Below are positions 18,899 to 28,846 of a stretch of 64,000 bases of DNA, piece by piece. Source of the stretch: Planctomycetota bacterium (GTDB taxonomy: Bacteria; Planctomycetota; UBA1135; UBA2386); NCBI GenBank assembly GCA_965228735.1, contig OZ245838.1:6848001-6912000 (forward strand), read 5' to 3'. The translations under genes and the position numbers were made by a program. Under the pieces are notes generated by a model. It was given only the letters and a program-made list of their open reading frames with translations, had not been told where the DNA came from and searched no databases. Position 1 is the first letter of the stretch, and each line of letters begins with the position of its first letter.

Positions 18899-21800
18899 AT
18901 GTCCAAACCACAGTCCCTTCTCCGGTTCCTGACGGCCGTCTCGTTCACGGCCATCGCGTCACCCGTTCTTCCTCTCCTACACGCGCAGGGCGAACCGGCG
19001 GCCGCCGGTCGGCCGCCAGCGGAGAAGGCCGCGGAGAACGCCGCGGACACGACTACTGAGGACGCCACGCCGAAGGTCCTGACCGTCGCCGACTACGGCT
19101 CGTGGAACCGAATTGGCGACGTCACGTTGTCACCGAACGGCCAGCACATCACCTACAGCTACCGGCCGAACGACGGCGACACCCGCTTCTTCATCGCCGA
19201 GGCGGCGAGCGGGCGCGTCGTTCACGAGGTGATGAACGGTGGGTCCGTCCGGTTCTCGGACGACGGCAGGTGGATCGGCTACCTCGTCCGGCCGCAGGAA
19301 GCCGAAGCGAAGAAGCTGGCGAAGCAGAAGAAGCCCGTGCGCTCGGCGCTCGAACTGGTCGAGCTGCCGCCGCTCGGCGACGCGGATGCCGCGATCGAGC
19401 CGCGACGCTTCGAGAGCGTGCGGTCGTTCCGGTTCGCGGACGAGGGCGTGCCGTTCGTCGCCGTTCACAAGCACGGGGCCGAGAAGGCCGAGCACGACGG
19501 CAGCGACCTCGTGTTGCTCGATCTGCGCCGGGGCCAGGTCCAGAACATCGGCAACGTGTCCGCGTTCGCGTTCTCGGAGACCGGTTCGTTCCTCGCCTAC
19601 ACGATCGATGCGGCCGATGACGCCGGCAACGGTGTCTACCTGCTGAGGTTGCGCGGCGACGACGGCGCCGCGGCGGGGACCCCCGTGGCGTCCGTTCTCG
19701 ATTCCGGCACCGACTCGACGTACCGCGGTCTGGTCTGGCAGCGCAATGATCGAACCACCGACGCCGACTTGCTTGCTGTCCTGCGGGGGCGAGTCGTCGA
19801 GTCGGACGTCGCGGAGAGCGCCGAGCCAGACGCGAAGACCGGCTCCGATCCGAAGACGAACGGCGAGCCCGAGAAGAAGGAGTTCGAGGCCGAAGAGAAC
19901 GAGCTGCTCGTCTTCGACCCGGCGGCGGGCTGGTCGGAGGTCTTCGACCCGAAGAAGGCCCCGCGGTTCCCCGACGGCCACGTGCTCTCCGAGTACCGTG
20001 CTCCGTCCTGGTCCGACGACGGCAATCGCGTGTTCGTCGGCGTGCGCGCCCAGGCCGAGAAGATCGCGAAGAAGTCCGACGACGATCAGGCCAACGTCGA
20101 GGTGTGGCACTGGCAGGACGAACGCGTGCAGTCCGTCCAGAAGGTTCGCGCGTCCCGGGACCGGCGCCGCACCGACCTCGCGGTCGTGCACCTCGCGGAT
20201 CGCGCGGGCCAGCGGCTGGACCAGCCGCGGTTCGTCGCGCTGACCGACGACCGGGTGCGGAGTGTCACGACGACCGATCATGCCGACTTGTTCGTCGGGC
20301 GGGACGACTCGCGCTACCGCGGGGACATGTCGATCGACGGCGGTCTCGCGGACTACGTCACGGTCGACCTGTGGACCGGCGAGCGCCGTCCGATCGTGCA
20401 GCGCGTGCGTCGGTCGATGGGGGCCTCCCCCGACGGCCGCTTCTTCGTCTGGTCGGTCGACGGTGCGATCAGCGCTTACGACCTCGAGCGCCGGCGGCGC
20501 ATCCCGCTCTCCGGCTTGATCGATGTCGACTTCACCAACCGGCAAGCCGACCGCACGAGTGAGAGTTCGACCTACGGCATTGCAGGGTGGGCGGCGGACG
20601 GTCGCACCGTGATCCTCAATCACCGCTACGATCTGTGGGCCGTCCCGCTCGTCGCGGACGAAGCGGAGGACGGCGAGCTCGAGCGCCCGACCGACCTGAC
20701 CGGTGGCGTGGGGCGTGAGCGCGCGATCCGGTTCCGGCTCGTGGACCTGGAGCCGGACGTCGACACGTTCGACCTCACGAAGCCGTTCCTGCTGTCGGCG
20801 TACGGGGATCGGACCAAGGAGTCGGGGTACTTCTGGGGCTTGCCCGGCGGTGCGCCGAAGCCGTTGCGCTACGTCGATGCGATGGTCTCTGGCCTGCGCA
20901 AGGCGGCGGACTCAAGCCGCGTCGTCTGGACCCGCCAGACGGCGGTCGAGTTCCCCGACCTGTGGACCGCGACGCTGCCCGCTGCCGGCCAGCCGATGTC
21001 GGCTCCTCAGAAGCTCACCGACGCCAACCCGCAGCAGTCGGAGTACGCGTGGACCCCGGGCCGGATCCTGTTCGACTACACGGACGCGCGCGGCAACGAG
21101 CTCCAGGGCACGCTGACCCTGCCTGCCGGTTACGAGAAGGGCCGCCGGTATCCGGCGCTCGTCTACTTCTACGAGAAGATGTCACAGCGGCATCACCAGT
21201 ACTCGATGCCGGCCTACGACGATCGGCCGCACATGTCGACGTACGCGAGCGACGGCTACGTCGTCATTCAACCGGACATCGTCTACGAGCCGGGCAAGCC
21301 GGGCTCTTCGGCCGTGGACGACGTGACGGCGGCGGTGCACGCGGCGATCGAGCTGGGGATGGTCGATCCCGACCGAATCGGCCTGCAGGGCCACTCGTGG
21401 GGCGGCTACCAGTCGAGCTTCATCGTGACGCAGACCGACCTCTTCGCCTGCGTCGTGACGGGTGCGCCGTTGACCAACCTCGTCAGCATGCACAACGTGC
21501 TCTACAAGCGCAGCGGCTCGCCCAACGCGGGCCTGATCCAGTGGGGGCAGGGCCGCATGGGAACGAGCCCGTGGGACGACTGGCAGGGCTACCTCGACGA
21601 GTCGCCGGTGTATCACGCGCGTTCGATCACGACGCCGTTCATGATCCTGCACGGCACGGCCGACGGCGCGGTGGACTGGAACCAGGGGCTCGAGTTCTAC
21701 ATCGCGGCGAAGCGGCTCGGGAAGCAGGTGATCCTGCTGAGCTATCCCGACGAGCCGCACCACCTGCGGAACAAGGCCAACCAGATCGACTTCCAGATCC

Positions 21801-21919
21801 GCATGAAGCAATACTTCGATCACTACCTCAAGGGCGCGGATGCGCCCGCGTGGCTCGAAGGCGGCGTGGACTACATCGAGCGCGACCGCGAGGTGCTGAG
21901 CGAGCAAGTGGGACGGTGA
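18899..21919 (+). CDS. S9 family (prolyl oligopeptidase/DPP-like) peptidase
   Basis: Signal peptide; propeller; GHSWGG, HGTADGAV, EPHH catalytic triad motifs. Confidence 0.9.
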   Translation: MSKPQSLLRFLTAVSFTAIASPVLPLLHAQGEPAAAGRPPAEKAAENAADTTTEDATPKVLTVADYGSWNRIGDVTLSPNGQHITYSYRPNDGDTRFFIAEAASGRVVHEVMNGGSVRFSDDGRWIGYLVRPQEAEAKKLAKQKKPVRSALELVELPPLGDADAAIEPRRFESVRSFRFADEGVPFVAVHKHGAEKAEHDGSDLVLLDLRRGQVQNIGNVSAFAFSETGSFLAYTIDAADDAGNGVYLLRLRGDDGAAAGTPVASVLDSGTDSTYRGLVWQRNDRTTDADLLAVLRGRVVESDVAESAEPDAKTGSDPKTNGEPEKKEFEAEENELLVFDPAAGWSEVFDPKKAPRFPDGHVLSEYRAPSWSDDGNRVFVGVRAQAEKIAKKSDDDQANVEVWHWQDERVQSVQKVRASRDRRRTDLAVVHLADRAGQRLDQPRFVALTDDRVRSVTTTDHADLFVGRDDSRYRGDMSIDGGLADYVTVDLWTGERRPIVQRVRRSMGASPDGRFFVWSVDGAISAYDLERRRRIPLSGLIDVDFTNRQADRTSESSTYGIAGWAADGRTVILNHRYDLWAVPLVADEAEDGELERPTDLTGGVGRERAIRFRLVDLEPDVDTFDLTKPFLLSAYGDRTKESGYFWGLPGGAPKPLRYVDAMVSGLRKAADSSRVVWTRQTAVEFPDLWTATLPAAGQPMSAPQKLTDANPQQSEYAWTPGRILFDYTDARGNELQGTLTLPAGYEKGRRYPALVYFYEKMSQRHHQYSMPAYDDRPHMSTYASDGYVVIQPDIVYEPGKPGSSAVDDVTAAVHAAIELGMVDPDRIGLQGHSWGGYQSSFIVTQTDLFACVVTGAPLTNLVSMHNVLYKRSGSPNAGLIQWGQGRMGTSPWDDWQGYLDESPVYHARSITTPFMILHGTADGAVDWNQGLEFYIAAKRLGKQVILLSYPDEPHHLRNKANQIDFQIRMKQYFDHYLKGADAPAWLEGGVDYIERDREVLSEQVGR

Positions 21920-22072
21920 TCGTGGGGTGCTCACGACCGTGTTGAGGGTGCCGGTTCCTGGCACGAGCCGGGTTCGGCGCCCACCCGGTGCGCAACGGGC
22001 CGTGTCGTGGCGGGACGACTGCCGCAGGCCATCCAGGGCGCGGACTTCTTGTCCGAACGTTCGACGCAAGGC

Positions 22073-23188
22073 CTATCGAATCACCGGAAGCGGGCGCCGC
22101 GGCCGGGCCACGCCTTCGAGCCCGTAGCCGGGCCGCCGCGACAGCAGCACGACCTCGCCGTCGAAACCGGCCGCGACGAGCTCGTCGGTCGAGTTGCGGC
22201 CGTCGAGTTCACCGGTCGTCAACCAGTGGCCCTTCTGCGCGCCGGTCCAGATGTCGGTGACCTGCCACGAGCCGTCGGGCCCGCGTGACACCAGCTGCAC
22301 GATGCCGTTGTAGCCGTAGACCGCGACGGCCTCGCGATCGTCGGCGAAGAAGCGACCTGCCGCGACGCCGCGCAGCCCCTGGTCCGTCACGAGAATCGGT
22401 TCGCGCGCGACATCGCCGGGTGCGTCGAACATGACGCGCAGCAGCACGCCGTCGTCGCGGGTCACGTAGAACGTGCCGCGCTTGCGGCCGCGCGCGATTC
22501 GCCCGAGTCCCTGGCTCTCGTGCAACACCACGCGCGAGGTCAATCCCTGCCTGTCGAGCTGCATCGCGAGCAGGTGCCCGGCCCGGCTCACGCCGAGCAC
22601 GGTTGCCCGCTCGGACCCCGGTAGTTCAGCGACGAGCGCGTCCCGCACCCGGCCGCCGACGTGCCCGACGCGTTCGACCCGGAACGCTCCGGCTGCGCCG
22701 CTCGGCGATGCGCGGTAGACCGCACCCGAGATCCCGAACGCGAGCAGCTCGGCGCCGGCACCCTCGGCGAGTTCAGCGGTGAGCACGGTGTGGAACTCCT
22801 CGGCTGCGACGTGGCCGATCTCACGACTCTCGAGCGTGAATCGCGCGAACGGCTGCGGCCGCAGCGTGACCTGGTGGATCGAGCCGGCCTGGCCCGCGGC
22901 GTAGAGCTCCCGTCCGGGCAGGCGCGGATCGATATCGGCCGGCCGTGAGGGCGCGAGCCACTGCCGGTCGGGGGTGACCTGGTGCGGCGTCCATTTGCCG
23001 CTGTAGACCGACAGCACGAACAGGCGGCCGGCGTCGTCGGTGGCGATCACCTCGGGCGGGGCGTGGGCCTCGACGACCTGGTCGACGTGCGCGTACCAGA
23101 CGCCGTCGTCGCCGGAGTGGATCGTCTGTGCCGCCCAATGTTCGGGCCCCTGCGGCAACAGCGATATCGCGAGGGCGAGCGCGATCAT
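22073..23188 (-). CDS. Secreted hypothetical protein, FG-GAP-like propeller
   Basis: Start MIALALAISLLPQ overlaps the upstream stop (ATGA); 'ADIDPRLPGRELY', 'GELDGRNSTDELV' blades. Confidence 0.65.
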   Translation of the reverse strand: MIALALAISLLPQGPEHWAAQTIHSGDDGVWYAHVDQVVEAHAPPEVIATDDAGRLFVLSVYSGKWTPHQVTPDRQWLAPSRPADIDPRLPGRELYAAGQAGSIHQVTLRPQPFARFTLESREIGHVAAEEFHTVLTAELAEGAGAELLAFGISGAVYRASPSGAAGAFRVERVGHVGGRVRDALVAELPGSERATVLGVSRAGHLLAMQLDRQGLTSRVVLHESQGLGRIARGRKRGTFYVTRDDGVLLRVMFDAPGDVAREPILVTDQGLRGVAAGRFFADDREAVAVYGYNGIVQLVSRGPDGSWQVTDIWTGAQKGHWLTTGELDGRNSTDELVAAGFDGEVVLLSRRPGYGLEGVARPRRPLPVIR

Positions 23189-24579
23189 AGGATCGTGAAG
23201 CTGGCGCCGCGCGAAGCCGCGAGCAGGCCCGAGGCCTGCTCGTAGACGAAGCCCTGGGTGTAGACCGCGATGCCTGTCAACGCCGGTCCCGGCGGCAACG
23301 GGAAGTCCACCCTGCCGGTGCCGTTGCTCAGCGTCGAGAAGACCGGATACGTCACGCCCAGATCGACGAGCACCGACATTCCGAACATCGTCGTCGGCAC
23401 CGTGCGCGCCAGGCTCATCACGAACAGCACCGGATCGCTGCTCGTCAGGCTCGCCTCGAGCGTCAACGAGAACTGGAAGTTGCCGGGCTCGGGCAGCCCG
23501 CCGGGATTCGGCGTGAGCTGCCAGTCGTAGGTCGCGGCGCCGGGCGTCCCGGCGCCGAACGCTTCGGGGTTGGGATTGACGTCGAGCGCCGAGATCGTCG
23601 CGCGATCGGGTGTGATGAGCAGCGACTCGGGCGTACCCGGCTCGGCCCAGAACACGGAGCGAGCGGGGTTGCCCGCGTTCGCGGTCGCGAGGATGTGGTT
23701 GCCGGTTGCGCGCTCGACCGCGATCGCGTTGAGGGGGCCGATCGTCGTCACCACCGCCGATGTGGTCTGGGTCACCGGGTCGTAGCGGAACAGGTTCGGC
23801 GGTCCATTGAGGCACGCGACGAGGACGGTGCCGTCGAGGTCGACGGCCAGGTTCGACCCCGGCGCTGGCAGCGAAGCGACCTGCGTCGCGATGCCGCCGG
23901 CGATCGGCACCTCCCACAGGTCGCCGGCCATCGTCGAGATCCAGTTGGTGACGTAGATCGACTGGCCGTCTGGCGTCACCGCGAGGCCGTTCATCACACC
24001 CGGAAACTGGCTGAGGTTCGTGATGGGGATCGGGGTGAGCGCGCCGGTCTGCGTATCGAGGATGCCGATGCCTTGCCAATGAAAGCTCGCGGTCAGGGCC
24101 TGTGCCAGCGGGCTGTTGGCGGTGAGGTCCGTCGCGGCGACGACGACACGGCCGTCGGGCAACAACCCCATTTGCGGGGACTCGGCCTCGACGACGCTCG
24201 TGCCGATGCTGAATGCCTGGCTCGAGACGACCGCGGCGGCGTTGAGGTGCAGCACGTGCACGTCCACACTGGTGCCGGCGGGAGCGCGCTCGGCGGCGAT
24301 GATCGCCTCGTCGCTCGGGCGACGCAGCAGCGCAGCAACGCCACGGTTGGTCTGCAGTGGATCGTAGGACAGAGCTGCCGGCAGGCCGGTGACCTCGATC
24401 GCCGGCGCGGCCGTGTCGCGCGGGTGCACGAAGAAGATGCCGTTCTGGCCGGTGGCGCCCTGGAACGAGCCGAACATCACGTAGCCGTCGGGCACCTGTG
24501 CGGTCGCCGTGGCCGCGGTGAGCAGCAGTTCGGTGGTGAGGGTGGCGAGGAAGGAGAGGGAAGTGAGGGTGGTCTGCAT
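23185..24579 (-). CDS. Secreted beta-propeller protein with conserved C-terminal domain
   Basis: Signal peptide ATA|Q; 'GLAVTPDG', 'LAVDLDG', 'IAVERATG' blades. Confidence 0.75.
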   Translation of the reverse strand: MQTTLTSLSFLATLTTELLLTAATATAQVPDGYVMFGSFQGATGQNGIFFVHPRDTAAPAIEVTGLPAALSYDPLQTNRGVAALLRRPSDEAIIAAERAPAGTSVDVHVLHLNAAAVVSSQAFSIGTSVVEAESPQMGLLPDGRVVVAATDLTANSPLAQALTASFHWQGIGILDTQTGALTPIPITNLSQFPGVMNGLAVTPDGQSIYVTNWISTMAGDLWEVPIAGGIATQVASLPAPGSNLAVDLDGTVLVACLNGPPNLFRYDPVTQTTSAVVTTIGPLNAIAVERATGNHILATANAGNPARSVFWAEPGTPESLLITPDRATISALDVNPNPEAFGAGTPGAATYDWQLTPNPGGLPEPGNFQFSLTLEASLTSSDPVLFVMSLARTVPTTMFGMSVLVDLGVTYPVFSTLSNGTGRVDFPLPPGPALTGIAVYTQGFVYEQASGLLAASRGASFTIL

Positions 24580-24813
24580 GATTTGCCTCCGATCGGAACC
24601 AGGTGCCGGGATGAGCAACGGCCATGCCACCACGCGCGTAGTCCGCTCGATTCCCGTTGCGGTTACGAGGCCGTGCCGGCGGCGACGCAGGTGTCGCGGT
24701 GATGTGACGCCATCGCGCCTCGCTGACCGAAGCGCGCGCCGTTCGTCGTCACGCCGCCACTACGTCGTGTGCCACATACGCGACGCGGTGGGCCGAGGCC
24801 GTGGCGGGCTCCC

Positions 24814-24993
24814 TCAGCGGCCGATCGAGACCCTCAGCCCGTCGCTGCCGACGACGGTGAGCGAACCAGCGAACAGCGCGAACCACTGGGTCGTGAACGT
24901 CTCGCCCGCGAGCGCGATCTGGTTGGGGATGGCGACGCCGAACGACGTTGCGCCGGCAGCGCGCCGCAGGGTGCTCAGCAGCAGGGGAGCAGG
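24814..24993 (-). pseudogene. Orphan fragment of the shared C-terminal domain
   Basis: PAPLLLSTLRRAAGATSFGVAIPNQIALAGETFTTQWFALFAGSLTVVGSDGLRVSIGR*; resembles the C-termini of the CDSs at 23185 and 48250; no start codon. Confidence 0.6.
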
Positions 24994-25074
24994 AAGCGCA
25001 CGCCATGATGATTGCGATTGCGCACCATGCGGTCGCCGACCTGCGAGCGGTGTCGGCGTCCGCAGGTCGACGCG

Positions 25075-26256
25075 CTACCACATCAGCAACGCGGTCTCGC
25101 CGTGCGATGCCGCCCAGTAGAGTCGCACGCGAAGGACGTAGCGCCGGTTCGCGATGAACTTGTAGTCCAGCGTGGCGTTGAGCGCGGTGCCGCTGTCGTC
25201 GTCGCCATCGCGATACCGGAGTTCATTGCCGTCCTCCTCGAACAGCACGATCACCGTGTCGGAGTCGCCGAACGTGCGGATCGTGCGCCAGCCGGTCGTG
25301 GTCGGAACGATCGAGAAGTTCGCCTGCTCGCCTGGCCCGAGCTCGAGTCGCTCGAGTTCGAACGCCCGGAGCTCGGGGTGGGTGTTCTGGATCGGCGGGT
25401 AGAACAGTTGGACCTGGTCGATGTCCTTGCTCGACAGGCCCGCCGCGGGAATCAGGTCGTTGTTCTGGAACTCCGAGGGGTGCTCGATCAGCCCCGCCTC
25501 GAAGTGGTAGTGCATGATCGAGTCCCTGTCCCAATTGGTGCCGGACACGTCGTCGGCCGGGAGCTTGTTCAGGATGTTGTGCCGGATCTGACTCTCGGTC
25601 CAGTTGTTCGGCGGGCCGGAGAACGAATCGAGCACGGCGGCCTCGTCCCAGACGATGCCGCTGAGCGGGTTCTGGTGTTCGTGCGGAAAGCCGAGTGCGT
25701 GGCCGATCTCGTGCAGTGCCGTGTCACGGCCGTACTGGGTCGTCAGATCCCAGCCGAAGTTCATCGTCCAATCGGTTGGCGAGCCGCCGTAGTCGATCGC
25801 GTCGCGCCCGACGTACGAGGCCGAGCCTCCCGGTCGGAAACTGATCTTGATCTCGGCGTCCGACGGGTCGTTCACCTCTTCGAATTCCAGGCCGATGCCG
25901 AGGTCCCTCCACTCCTGGAACGCGTCGCGAACCGCCTGCTTCTGGTTCGCGGCGCCGACCCAGTTGTCGGGCAGCCAGGCGCCGGCGGTGGCCTTCTCGA
26001 AGAAGTAGTAGTGCAGGGTCGTGCCGTTCACCCACTTCTTCGACGTGCGTCGAATCAGCTCGAGGCGACGCGGCGAAACGTCGCCGTCGACCGGCCGTTC
26101 CGGCACGTCGACGAGTTTGCAGAACGCCGGCTTGCCTGCGGTCTTCCGTCCTGTGCTCGACGAGCCCTTGCCGTCGTCGTGGACGATGTTGTCTTCGATG
26201 CGGTCGAGGCGGCGCTCGATCTTGGTGAGGCGCGAAGCCAGTTTCTTTTCGGACAT
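25075..26256 (-). CDS. M12A/astacin-like metzincin metallopeptidase with C-terminal PPC-like domain
   Basis: HEIGHALGFPHEH zinc motif; SIMHY Met-turn. Confidence 0.88.
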   Translation of the reverse strand: MSEKKLASRLTKIERRLDRIEDNIVHDDGKGSSSTGRKTAGKPAFCKLVDVPERPVDGDVSPRRLELIRRTSKKWVNGTTLHYYFFEKATAGAWLPDNWVGAANQKQAVRDAFQEWRDLGIGLEFEEVNDPSDAEIKISFRPGGSASYVGRDAIDYGGSPTDWTMNFGWDLTTQYGRDTALHEIGHALGFPHEHQNPLSGIVWDEAAVLDSFSGPPNNWTESQIRHNILNKLPADDVSGTNWDRDSIMHYHFEAGLIEHPSEFQNNDLIPAAGLSSKDIDQVQLFYPPIQNTHPELRAFELERLELGPGEQANFSIVPTTTGWRTIRTFGDSDTVIVLFEEDGNELRYRDGDDDSGTALNATLDYKFIANRRYVLRVRLYWAASHGETALLMW

Positions 26257-26543
26257 GGATCTCTCCTTCTTTCCTTCCCGTTCCCTTCCCTGCCGTCCCG
26301 TCGGATCGCCCTTCGGATCCGGTCTGCGTTGCTATTGTCTCGTTTCCCTCGGTCGGCGTCGAGCCCCGCGGCCGCCTTTCTGGCGATCTCGACGACCGGC
26401 GGCCCGGGCCGAACCGCGTCCCCTCGGAACGGCAATCCGCGCGGCGAGGGTCGGTCGCGCCGCGCGACTCACCAGCAGCACGAGCAACCCGACCGTCATC
26501 GATCAGGTGCCGGCGCGAGGCGCCTGGCCGATCACCGTTACGC

Positions 26544-27260
26544 TCAGTCTCCGAGCGGCCGATGCTGGTTGACGAAGAGGCTGACCTCCGCACCAGCGCA
26601 GCGCTCATGCAGTCGTTGTTGCAGGTTCGCGAGGCTCCGAGCCGTGCCGCGGAACACCGAGAATGTCAGGGTCGTCTGGTCGGCGACGTCGCTCATGCCG
26701 TCGAGCGCGGCCGGCTGCCCCTGTTCACGGCTGCTCTCGAGCACCGCCTCGAGGGTTGCGTTGGTCTGCTCCTTGGGCACGGTGACAACGAGCGACGCGA
26801 CGGCGCTGCGGCTGCGCGCGAAGCGCGGCACGACGCGCAGGATCACGAGCAGCAGGAACGTGAGCGTGAGCAGCAGTGCGAGCATCACGAAGTTGAGCGT
26901 CGCGGAGCAGATCGACGTCGCGATCAGCGCCATGAGGAAGCCGATCTCCTCCGGTTCTTTGAGCGGCATCCGGAAACGCACGATCGACAGCGCGCCCAGG
27001 AGGCCGAGCGACATCGGCAGCGAGTACTGCAGGCACACGAAGATCGCCGTGATCGAGATCCCCAGCACGGGAAACGCGCGGTGGACGTCCGACCCCGTCG
27101 CGCGCCGTTCGAAGAACACCGCGTAGAGGAAGAACAGGGTCATCGACGACGCAACGCTGAGGAGCAGGATGACGAGTAGCGGCAGCCAGTCGGTCACCGC
27201 GACGTCCTGCAGGCGCAACTCGCCGAGCCGGCGGAAGATCGACTGGAGCCACTCGAGCAT
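26544..27260 (-). CDS. DUF4956-like (MgtC-related) membrane protein
   Basis: 'SLGLLGALSIVRFRMPLKEPEE' signature; adjacent to VTC gene. Confidence 0.8.
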   Translation of the reverse strand: MLEWLQSIFRRLGELRLQDVAVTDWLPLLVILLLSVASSMTLFFLYAVFFERRATGSDVHRAFPVLGISITAIFVCLQYSLPMSLGLLGALSIVRFRMPLKEPEEIGFLMALIATSICSATLNFVMLALLLTLTFLLLVILRVVPRFARSRSAVASLVVTVPKEQTNATLEAVLESSREQGQPAALDGMSDVADQTTLTFSVFRGTARSLANLQQRLHERCAGAEVSLFVNQHRPLGD

Positions 27261-27265
27261 GGGTG

Positions 27266-27916
27266 TCAATCGGCCTCGGCGAGGAGGCCATACTTGGAGA
27301 ACGACGAGCGGCGAGCGCCCATCTCGCGCAGGAACGTGAGCGCGCGCGGGAGGTGGCGGGTGTCGCCCTTCGCCTCGACGACGACCCACGGGAGTGGGTG
27401 GTGGGCGCGTTGCGCCGTACGCGCGAGCAGCGGATGCACTTGCACGGCCCGGATCTCGGTGTCGAGTGCGACGCGCAAGGCACTCGTTCGCTCGACGAAG
27501 CGGTGGCGCCGGTAGACGACGTGCAGCGTCGGCTGCAGGTTGCCGAGCGGAACCTCGACTCCCGCCGCCCGCAGCATGCTCGGGACGCCACGCCACGCCG
27601 CGCTGTGCAGTGGAGCCTCGACGTCGACGTCGTCGAGCTGCACCCGGAGCTTCTGCCGTTGCGCGCCGGCCTTGCGCTTGCACTCGGCGAACGCGGCCTG
27701 TCGCCCGCTCGAGCCGTACCAGCGCACGCGGATCTTGGCCTTGAGCCGGTCCCCGTTGCGCACCTCGGCCACCGAGTCGAGTGTCGGCGTGTCGAAGTAG
27801 ACGCTGTGCACGACGTCGTCCGCGAACTCCCCATCCGGCGGCAGCACCGCTCGCAGCCGCGCGAGCAGACGCGGGGCGACGCTCGCGTGCGCAACGTATT
27901 TGCGTTCGTAGGACAT
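27266..27916 (-). CDS. VTC / polyphosphate polymerase domain (CYTH-like) protein
   Basis: 'YERKY', 'SVYFDT', 'KIRVRWY', 'ECK.K', 'RVALD', 'EAK', 'FSKY'. Confidence 0.85.
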   Translation of the reverse strand: MSYERKYVAHASVAPRLLARLRAVLPPDGEFADDVVHSVYFDTPTLDSVAEVRNGDRLKAKIRVRWYGSSGRQAAFAECKRKAGAQRQKLRVQLDDVDVEAPLHSAAWRGVPSMLRAAGVEVPLGNLQPTLHVVYRRHRFVERTSALRVALDTEIRAVQVHPLLARTAQRAHHPLPWVVVEAKGDTRHLPRALTFLREMGARRSSFSKYGLLAEAD

Positions 27917-28129
27917 GGGCCGGAACGAGGCTGCAAGTCTACCCGCGGTCGGTGCCGAGTTCTGGAGCGGAAGGACGGGTCAGGGCGGCATCTCCCGGGC
28001 CAACGCGCCTTCTGGAACGGGAAGTCGTCGACGTCAGTCCAGATCAGTGGACCCGTCCGCTCGATGTCCGCTTTCGGTCTCTTGCGATTGTGGGCGGACC
28101 GTGTCCTGACCGTCGGGTCGCAGCCTTGT

Positions 28130-28753
28130 CTAGCGCGCTTCGGCCGCATCCATGCTGCGGTCGTGCAACCGGCTGAGGAGCAACTGCGCGAGTATCGCGC
28201 CCGACACCGCCATCGTCATGTCCCACTGCGCGTCCCAGGGATCGCCCTGGTGGCCGAGCCATTCGGGCCCCGCGTCGGGGTAGAACAGCAGCACGCACCA
28301 CATCTCCAGCAGCTCGTAGGCGGCGCTGAAGCCGAGACAGCAGCCGGTCACCAGCCAGAATACCGTGCCACCTCGCGCCATTCCGCGCCGTCGAATCAGC
28401 CACTCTCGAAGGAGGATCGCCGGTACGAAGCCCTGGAAGAAGTGCCCGATGCGATCCACAGGGTTGCGCTCGAGGCCGAACCAGTGGAGCACGTCCTCCG
28501 GGATCGGTACGCCGGCGAACGTCCAGCGGCCGCCGATGCATTGAATCAAGAAGAACGCCGTGAGCAGGCCGTAGCTCAGGGTGCTGAACCGGAAGTAGCT
28601 GCGCCGGATCGCGAACACGATCAACACCGCCGCGAGCGGCAGCACCTCGAAGCCCCACGTTGCCGGGTCGGACGTTCCGAGCGCCGACCAGATCGCGCCG
28701 ATCGTGCAAGTCGCCATCAGCAGTGCGAAGACCCAGTTGTCGCGGGCGGCCAT
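28130..28753 (-). CDS. DUF2238 (YjdF-like) membrane protein
   Basis: 'RNPVDRIGHF.QG', 'YELLE', 'LG.QGDPWDAQWDM'. Confidence 0.85.
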   Translation of the reverse strand: MAARDNWVFALLMATCTIGAIWSALGTSDPATWGFEVLPLAAVLIVFAIRRSYFRFSTLSYGLLTAFFLIQCIGGRWTFAGVPIPEDVLHWFGLERNPVDRIGHFFQGFVPAILLREWLIRRRGMARGGTVFWLVTGCCLGFSAAYELLEMWCVLLFYPDAGPEWLGHQGDPWDAQWDMTMAVSGAILAQLLLSRLHDRSMDAAEAR

Positions 28754-28846
28754 GTCGACACTGTACCGATGCGTGCGACGAGATGACGATCGGGAGTCAT
28801 CGTCGCTGGCAGGTGAAGGCGGGGCGTGCCCCGCGCGTCGACCTCG

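Noticed and set aside
26257..26295. Pyrimidine-rich TTCC-like tract upstream of the metalloprotease
   Set aside because: Short low-complexity purine-rich leader/RBS on the coding strand; no regular tandem unit
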